From IMG/VR virus record IMGVR_UViG_642973540_000001: DNA of 20,576 nucleotides; one strand, written 5' to 3'. A program made the position numbers and the translations under genes. Source of the stretch: a virus. Its lineage: Duplodnaviria; Heunggongvirae; Uroviricota; Caudoviricetes. Under the pieces are notes generated by a model that had not been told where the DNA came from, ran no database searches, and was given only the letters and a program-made list of their open reading frames with translations. Positions 15,275 to 20,576 of this stretch are shown here, piece by piece (positions within the stretch are counted from its first letter, which is position 1; every line of letters starts with the position of its first letter).

Positions 15275-15847
15275 ATGAAAAAGTCAATCGCAATCAACCT
15301 TATCCGTTCAGCTTCAGTAATGACCCGCATCAACAAAGAAAGCTGGACTTTTCAGACTTCCTTTAGCGGTGAGTTCGCAGTAATCAACAAGGCTTACAAC
15401 GGCGTTTATTTCGTCCACACTAAAGGCAACAAGGCAACAACTCACAAAACCTTTATGGCGGCTGTTGCTTCAATCTTAGACCTTTACTTGTCAATCATTC
15501 ATGATTCTATGCGCCGTAAGATTCAGGAGCTTAAAAGCCGTTACAACTCCTTAGAAACTATGCGCTACACTCACAAAGAAAACCTGAAACGTTTTGTTAT
15601 CGCTGATGAAGTTTTAGACATCCTGCAAGGCGTAAACGGTGAAGTAGTGACCGACATCTTAACGGGTAACTTTGCAACCTATCGCACTGAATTAGCCGCT
15701 AAAGCTGCAATGAAACACCGCTACATTTCAACGGCCTACACTCTGGAAAGCGTAATAGACCGGATGTCTAAAACCACGTTTAAGACTCTGACACTGTTAC
15801 AAGCCAACTTGCCAGAATCTTTCAAAGTAACCACTTTCGACGCTTGA
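15275..15847 (+). CDS. Hypothetical early protein
   Basis: 190 aa; its TGA stop lies inside the next TTGACA. Confidence 0.8.
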   Translation: MKKSIAINLIRSASVMTRINKESWTFQTSFSGEFAVINKAYNGVYFVHTKGNKATTHKTFMAAVASILDLYLSIIHDSMRRKIQELKSRYNSLETMRYTHKENLKRFVIADEVLDILQGVNGEVVTDILTGNFATYRTELAAKAAMKHRYISTAYTLESVIDRMSKTTFKTLTLLQANLPESFKVTTFDA

Positions 15848-15911
15848 CAGTGAACAGTAAGAGGGGTTAAAATCCCCTCATCAACAAAACCTTATAAAGG
15901 AATCAAAAAAC
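15844..15911 (+). promoter_or_regulatory. Promoter-stem-loop-RBS cassette D1
   Basis: TTGACA-N18-TAAAAT, with the -10 enclosed by GAGGGG...CCCCTC. Confidence 0.85.
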
Positions 15912-16151
15912 GTGAATATCTTAAAAACTAACGATTTATGCCGCTTGATGCACAGTGATTTAGGTAAACCGTTCGTTTACTTTATTGAAGAGGGTAAAAC
16001 CTACTCTTACACGGTAAACCGTTTCGGGGCTTACGCTGCTAAAAACGGCCTTTTGATGAAGTCTAAAAAGTTACTTATCATCGCTGATGAAGATGAAAAG
16101 CCAACGATAGCCGTAAAAGTTTATTTCTACAAAAAGCCTAAAAACGTTTGA
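15912..16151 (+). CDS. Hypothetical early protein
   Basis: 79 aa, GTG start after AGGAATCAAAAAAC; stop lies inside the next TTGACA. Confidence 0.7.
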   Translation: MNILKTNDLCRLMHSDLGKPFVYFIEEGKTYSYTVNRFGAYAAKNGLLMKSKKLLIIADEDEKPTIAVKVYFYKKPKNV

Positions 16152-16219
16152 CAGTGAACAGTGAGAGGGGTTAAAATCCCCTCATCAACAAACAACCCCT
16201 TAAACAGGAATAAACAGAA
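16148..16219 (+). promoter_or_regulatory. Promoter-stem-loop-RBS cassette D2
   Basis: Near-identical to D1. Confidence 0.85.
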
Positions 16220-16471
16220 ATGGCTATCAACGTTACCGAAATTTCCAAAATCTCCATTCAGTCCGAAAGCGTTTATCTGTTGCACCGTGTTGTAACTGAC
16301 ATTTGGGACATCAAAAAAGTAATCCTTGACCAATGGGAAATTCAGGGGTTTAACCTTGAAAAGGGTAACTATCACATTGATTTTGAGTCGAAAGAGGCCG
16401 CTTTAGAACATTACCGCCAGATTGCAAATGGCATCATTGACAATCATCAAGCCGCTTTAAATTCAATCTAA
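16220..16471 (+). CDS. Hypothetical early protein
   Basis: 83 aa, last ORF of the island. Confidence 0.75.
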   Translation: MAINVTEISKISIQSESVYLLHRVVTDIWDIKKVILDQWEIQGFNLEKGNYHIDFESKEAALEHYRQIANGIIDNHQAALNSI

Positions 16472-16488
16472 TCAGACACTTAACAAAA

Positions 16489-16522
16489 AGCCCTTGACAT
16501 TCTACTTGACAGGGGCTAAAGT
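16489..16522 (+). promoter_or_regulatory. Promoter with inverted repeat facing the non-coding block
   Basis: TTGACA (16494)-N17-TAAAGT. AGCCCTTG (16489) pairs with CAGGGGCT (16510). Confidence 0.55.
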
Positions 16523-16616
16523 GTTTTAAGGGTTTTCTCTTAATCCACCCTTTCTATATTCTGTATTCCTCTCTTTAAAGACTCTTTACCATTCCTTTGA
16601 TTATCGTCTAATTGCC

Positions 16617-16914
16617 TTCTAAATGGTATTCTAAACCGTTAACACTGGCATAAAGTCCCGCTATAGTGATTCTTCTAAACAGTCTTCTAAACCGTTCCAC
16701 TCCTTCCCTAACAGTGGGAACCCCACAGGGAACCAGATTAAACAGCCTTCTATAACCCTTCTAAATCGCATTCTAAGCGGTTCTAAGTCTACCCCTTACG
16801 ATTGGGTTAGTAACCCTTCTAAGTCTCTTCTAAGAGCATTCTACGGCTTCAATTAATGATTGCTTTCACACTTGCTTTCTGTTAGTCTTCTAACCCCTTC
16901 TAAGCGTCTTCTAA
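16617..16914. repeat. Phased TTCTAA array
   Basis: 12 exact copies at 16617, 16629, 16673, 16685, 16759, 16771, 16781, 16817, 16828, 16888, 16898 and 16909; 10-12 bp apart within clusters. Confidence 0.9.
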
Positions 16915-17043
16915 GATGAATCACTGATTGCCTTATGTTCTGAATGTAGACTAAAAAGAGGCTTCAATCATTCGATTCAGAGTCTTCAAAGGTTGTCAAG
17001 ATACTGGATAATTTTACGCTATGGTTAGCCACTTTTACATTTC

Positions 17044-17426
17044 GTTAACAACTTTTTAACATCTCTGCAACATTCTATTCAGTCATCTGCATAACATCTT
17101 GACAACATTCTGTTAACATTTCTGTTACAACTCTTTAACGATTCATTAACACAATCCTGTTAAGAGTCTGTTACAACCTTGTTAAAAATTCTCGATACAA
17201 ATTAACATTTCGATAACATGGTGATTCCTCTTAAACGGCCTTTGTCAAGTCTAATAAATTCTCTTCAAACCCTTGACAATCCTGATTAGTTGAGTTGTTA
17301 AGACCCTGTTAAAATCCTGTTAAGATTGTTAAAGAGAATGGGTAAATGTTAACGGATTAGACGAATTGTTAAGAGCTTTAGAGAGTTGTTAAGAGCCTGT
17401 TAAGAGAATGTTGCAGATATGTTAAG
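17044..17426. repeat. Mirror-arranged, phased TTAACA / TGTTAA arrays
   Basis: AAC cores at 17047, 17058, 17069, 17093, 17104, 17115, 17137, 17148. GTTAA cores at 17297, 17308, 17319, 17328, 17348, 17368, 17388, 17399, 17421, plus a GTTGCA variant at 17410. Confidence 0.85.
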
Positions 17427-17648
17427 ATTTTGCAAAGGAACGGTTAACTTCTGAGAAGCGACCACTAAGCAGATATACAATTAATGTCAAAAATTGCATA
17501 AATCTTCAAAGTGACTACTCAATTAACAGTAAAGAACAGTGATTCAGATACCCTGTCAGATATGATGTGAACCCTTGATAGCACTGGTTTAGAGAAGTGG
17601 TACTGTTAATTTTTAAAAAATAGAAAATTATCTGAAAAGTTACTGACT

Positions 17649-17862
17649 GTTAAGGAAGGATGTTAAGACGTAGGTTAAGATTGATTTTAAGGCACTTCTC
17701 AGCCCTTCTCAGAGGACTTCTCAGCGAAGATAAGCAAACATATAGCTTACCAAGAGAAGCCCGTACAGAGGCTTATGAGTGGCTTCTCACGAATCCGTAC
17801 AGAAGACTTGTAGGAGATATGTTAAGAGGTGTGTTAAGGGGTCGGTTAAGAAAGGGGTTAAG
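17649..17862. repeat. GTTAAG array (12-bp period) and CTTCTCAG repeats
   Basis: GTTAAG at 17649, 17662, 17674 and at 17821, 17833, 17845, 17857. CTTCTCAG at 17695, 17705, 17717. Confidence 0.85.
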
Positions 17863-17873
17863 AAATTTTTTAG

Positions 17874-17901
17874 AAAAATAAAAAGCCTCTGAAAAGAGGC
17901 T
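17874..17901 (-). terminator. Intrinsic terminator for the leftward genes
   Basis: Minus strand AGCCTCT-TTTC-AGAGGCT-TTTTATTTTT. Confidence 0.85.
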
Positions 17902-17912
17902 CTAAAGAGGAA

Positions 17913-18104
17913 TCACAGTTTGCGGAGAGGTCTACCGTTAACCAACATGTTCAGATGGAATGTTCTCGCAACATCTTCAGGGAAATGTAAAGCAATCTTT
18001 CTCTGCATACGGTTGATGGTGTCTGCGTTGTACGGTAACCCTTTAAACTCTGATAAGACTTCTGTCAATTCAGCGTATTGTTCAGGTGTAGCGTTCTTGT
18101 ACAT
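17913..18104 (-). CDS. Hypothetical protein
   Basis: 63 aa from ATG 18104 (GGAGG RBS, TAATG overlap) rather than 18116. Confidence 0.7.
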   Translation of the reverse strand: MYKNATPEQYAELTEVLSEFKGLPYNADTINRMQRKIALHFPEDVARTFHLNMLVNGRPLRKL

Positions 18105-18337
18105 TATTCCTCCCAATATGACCAGTTCTCAACTGCGGTATCTTTAGGGTCATACAGACGCCACTCACGACGATACATGTTGAATGACATAGCTTGATAA
18201 CTATCGGTGACCGCTTCCATCTCACCTTTAGCGAGTTTCTTAGCAGTTTTACCGTCACATCCAGCCGACACTAAGAGGTTGGCAAAGGTACGACGAAACT
18301 GTTTCTTCCACTTGTTGTTCGTATAACGATGTTTCAT
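18104..18337 (-). CDS. Hypothetical basic protein
   Basis: 77 aa, GGAG RBS, ATGA overlap with the upstream small ORF. Confidence 0.75.
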   Translation of the reverse strand: MKHRYTNNKWKKQFRRTFANLLVSAGCDGKTAKKLAKGEMEAVTDSYQAMSFNMYRREWRLYDPKDTAVENWSYWEE

Positions 18338-18498
18338 GAGAATATTGCTCCAATGATTTTAGACAGACCATCGAGAAGATAACATGCAGCAAATGTGATA
18401 ACACCTGCCAAGTATGGGTTCATCAACTCGAAATGCGATACTACCAGAATCACTATCAAGGCTGCAACTACATTTTCAAAGAATTGTCCGAGCATCAT
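18334..18498 (-). CDS. 54-aa two-TM membrane protein (not in ORF track)
   Basis: Hand translation MMLGQFFENVVAALIVILVVSHFELMNPYLAGVITFAACYLLDGLSKIIGAIFS; AAGGA RBS; stop overlaps the next ATG. Confidence 0.7.
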   Translation of the reverse strand: MMLGQFFENVVAALIVILVVSHFELMNPYLAGVITFAACYLLDGLSKIIGAIFS

Positions 18499-18528
18499 TC
18501 CTCTATTTCCTTGTATGTGATTCAGATG

Positions 18529-18777
18529 TTAAATCTTTTTGAAGGTGACTGTACCGTTCTTTTCAGCAGCTTCTTTAGCAGTGTTGAAACGGTTTAACAT
18601 ATCAGCTTTGCCGGAGGCGATTGCCTGATAATCCGGTCTTTCCGCACCGCAGTATTCGCACTGCACTACGTGCTTAGGTTCACCACCTTCTATGCCATTG
18701 ATAAACTCAGACGGGATTGTCATCTCTTTAAAGGAACATCCAGCACCTGATGCAGAACACTCTGTGAAGTTATTCAT
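18529..18777 (-). CDS. Small protein with four Cys (C-x6-C ... CxxC), possible Zn binding
   Basis: 82 aa from ATG 18777 with GGAG RBS. The longer 18873 start would run through a terminator and the endolysin end. Confidence 0.7.
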   Translation of the reverse strand: MNNFTECSASGAGCSFKEMTIPSEFINGIEGGEPKHVVQCEYCGAERPDYQAIASGKADMLNRFNTAKEAAEKNGTVTFKKI

Positions 18778-18797
18778 GTTACTCTCCAATAAATGTG

Positions 18798-18819
18798 AAA
18801 AAGGACTCCGAAGAGTCCC
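18798..18819 (-). terminator. Intrinsic terminator (UUCG family, copy 4)
   Basis: Minus strand GGGACTC-TTCG-GAGTCC-TTTTT after the endolysin. Confidence 0.9.
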
Positions 18820-18826
18820 TATTATA

Positions 18827-19300
18827 TCAAACGCCATAGTTGCTGTGCAAGTAGATTTCAATCTCTTTTGCACGTCTGTTTACCAGACCTTTGCTGACAA
18901 CCTTCTTACCTTTGACAGTGATTTTATTCCACAGTGCAAATGATTTTGCAGCAGCTTCAAAGTCACCTGCCAAGTGATTTCTCAGAACACTTGAAGAAGC
19001 AAAGTTAGTCAATCCCACGTTATACGCGAAGATTACAAGAGCGTCAAACTGATTCTGCGTTGTACCTTTTACGGCCTTAGCAAGGTATTTTTCAACACCT
19101 GATTTAAAGTCATGCAAGTCCAGAGCGAGTTCAGCTTTAGCGGCTTCGAGAGTAGTTGTATCACCCATCTTAACCTTTCTTGCACGAACACTGGTATCAC
19201 CGAAACCGATAGTCGGTACACCTGCAACGTCAAGATATGCTTTTGCACTGAACCCTTCCATTACCTCAAGGGCTTGCTGACCTTTTTGAGAAACTTCCAT
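18827..19300 (-). CDS. Endolysin, GH24 phage lysozyme
   Basis: E-x8-D-x5-T triad (EGFSAKAYLDVAGVPT), TIGFG, QFDALV.FAYNVG, GLVNRR..E. No SAR or signal sequence. Confidence 0.93.
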   Translation of the reverse strand: MEVSQKGQQALEVMEGFSAKAYLDVAGVPTIGFGDTSVRARKVKMGDTTTLEAAKAELALDLHDFKSGVEKYLAKAVKGTTQNQFDALVIFAYNVGLTNFASSSVLRNHLAGDFEAAAKSFALWNKITVKGKKVVSKGLVNRRAKEIEIYLHSNYGV

Positions 19301-19321
19301 TCATGATTACCTCACGTAATT

Positions 19322-19343
19322 AAAAAGGACTCCGAAGAGTCCC
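19322..19343 (-). terminator. Intrinsic terminator (UUCG family, copy 5)
   Basis: Minus strand GGGACTC-TTCG-GAGTCC-TTTTT. Confidence 0.9.
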
Positions 19344-19349
19344 TATGAG

Positions 19350-19964
19350 TTATGCAACTGTCACAGTCGCTGTAGCAGTCTTCGCACCATCTTCAGTTGT
19401 CACTGTAATGGTTGCTGTACCTTCAGCAATAGCAGTTACCAGACCGTTTGCATCAACGGTTGCTACAGACTCGTCAGAAGACTCGTAAGTAACTTTGCTG
19501 TTTGTTGCGTTGTCAGGAGAGACCGTTGCAGTCAACTGACGAGTAGCACCTACAGCAAGATTGTTAGTTTTCGGTGCAATTGCTACACCAGTGACGCTAA
19601 CAGTCGTCGCTTTGATAACAGCGTTAAGCTGCGAGAAGAACGGTTTGACTTTATCAGTCGGGTTGAGAATTTGTTCAATCTCATATCCGTTCAGGGTCAG
19701 ATACTGAATATCGTGCAGGAAGTCAACCAGACGAACAACACGTGAAGCACTGTACATATTGGTTGCAGAGAACGGTACAGCACCCTTTGGAGTGTACTCT
19801 CCGGTCATCTCTGTAGCGACATCCATCAGACGGTTCCAGCTACCAGAGTAGAAATAGCGTGGGAAGTAATAACTCTGAACTTTACTAAAGTCAGTGATTT
19901 TACCGTCTGCTTTCGCTTTAGCGATAACCGCTGCCACGAAATCGTTAAAAGTTTCTCTAGCCAT
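19350..19964 (-). CDS. Probable virion protein with C-terminal Ig-like (Big_2) domain
   Basis: VSVTGVAI...LAVGAT.QLTATVSPDNAT...VTYESSDESVATVD.NGLVTA..EGTATITVTT is a typical Big_2 pattern. Confidence 0.88.
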   Translation of the reverse strand: MARETFNDFVAAVIAKAKADGKITDFSKVQSYYFPRYFYSGSWNRLMDVATEMTGEYTPKGAVPFSATNMYSASRVVRLVDFLHDIQYLTLNGYEIEQILNPTDKVKPFFSQLNAVIKATTVSVTGVAIAPKTNNLAVGATRQLTATVSPDNATNSKVTYESSDESVATVDANGLVTAIAEGTATITVTTEDGAKTATATVTVA

Positions 19965-19967
19965 TTC

Positions 19968-20576
19968 TTATCCTTCGTTCACAATGGTTTGGAGTTGATT
20001 CTGCATTGCTGCAAGATTACGGCGCTTGTCCAGTGAGATACCGTATTTTTCAACGTACTCTACAAGCTCTTCCTTAGACTGCTTAGACATAGCAATGCTC
20101 ATGTCAAACGGCTCAAGAGTCTTCACAGGTTCTTCATCGTTCGTCTTGAAAAGAGGTTCGATGTCATCTTGTGAATCATCAGGTGTCGCAGGAATTTCTT
20201 CAGCCACTTCATCTGTCAGACCTGACACAGTAGCACTGTAAGCGCCAAGAGTCATTGTCACAGACTTGATGGTTGCACCTGATTGTTGTTTAACCAGTGC
20301 ATTGCTCAGTGTTCTTAAAAGAGACTCAGCATTCGGGGAATGGATGATTGAATCACCATCTTTAAGGTCAGTCCGATGAACAGCAACATCAGAAGAAAGT
20401 TCTTCAGCGTCCTGTTTAACAGTGACTTTAAAGTTCGGGTTGAATGGTGTCTTAGCAACAAAACTGTTAGGGACATATTTAAAGCCCTGTCCAATCTGAT
20501 TGTACATTTCACCAATCAACTCAAGTGCGGTAGTACCCGAAAGGGTAACCGACTCGTCGGTATTGAAAGTTCTTTG
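19968..20576 (-). CDS. Hypothetical protein, 5'-truncated by the window edge; C-terminal HeH/SAP-like helical motif
   Basis: The frame stays open from 20519 to 20576 (QRTFNTDESVTLSGTTALEL...). C-terminus SKEELVEYVEKYGISLDKRRN. Confidence 0.7.
   Translation of the reverse strand, partial: QRTFNTDESVTLSGTTALELIGEMYNQIGQGFKYVPNSFVAKTPFNPNFKVTVKQDAEELSSDVAVHRTDLKDGDSIIHSPNAESLLRTLSNALVKQQSGATIKSVTMTLGAYSATVSGLTDEVAEEIPATPDDSQDDIEPLFKTNDEEPVKTLEPFDMSIAMSKQSKEELVEYVEKYGISLDKRRNLAAMQNQLQTIVNEG

Noticed and set aside
17099-17300. Extra TTGACA hexamers (17099, 17273; minus strand 16994, 17243) as promoters
   Set aside because: No acceptable -10 at 17-18 bp spacing; they are better explained as part of the CTTGACAA inverted repeats.
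17660-17881. 73-aa L/R-rich ORF
   Set aside because: A by-product of the 12-bp GTTAAG period; it lies in the repeat block and runs toward an oppositely oriented terminator.
18778-18873. N-terminal extension of the 18529 ORF overlapping the endolysin
   Set aside because: It crosses the UUCG terminator; ATG 18777 has the RBS.
19350-19964. Programmed frameshift appending the Ig-like domain
   Set aside because: The Big_2 domain is in frame in a single ORF; no shift is needed.
1-20576. tRNA genes, homing endonucleases, introns or IS elements
   Set aside because: I saw no cloverleaf signatures, no HNH/GIY-YIG/LAGLIDADG or transposase motifs and no interrupted genes. tRNAscan-SE would be needed to exclude tRNAs formally.

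Overview
Lytic dsDNA phage segment whose gene order resembles Felix O1-like myoviruses (Ounavirinae). This assignment is from recalled synteny and needs BLAST confirmation. (1) 1-9.3 kb, + strand: rIIA, rIIB, a DUF4326-like protein, an exported lytic transglycosylase, a HAD phosphatase, a WYL-like protein, overlapping i-/o-spanins and a macrodomain protein, punctuated by identical GGACTC-TTCG-GAGTCC terminators. (2) 9.3-9.7 kb: non-coding block with four 37-39 bp tandem repeats and back-to-back sigma70 promoters. (3) 9.7-16.5 kb: early/host-takeover-like island of 17 small ORFs. Most sit behind a repeated promoter + inverted repeat + RBS cassette (families A/B, C, D, E). The island includes a T4 Imm-like protein and a candidate ADP-ribosyltransferase fold. 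(4) 16.5-17.9 kb: non-coding block of ~11-bp-phased hexamer arrays arranged in mirror symmetry, a candidate origin, packaging or injection-control site. (5) 17.9-20.6 kb, - strand: small ORFs, a GH24 endolysin, an Ig-like (Big_2) protein and a 5'-truncated ORF. A manual scan found no GATC. All protein family calls are by eye from motifs; no searches were run.
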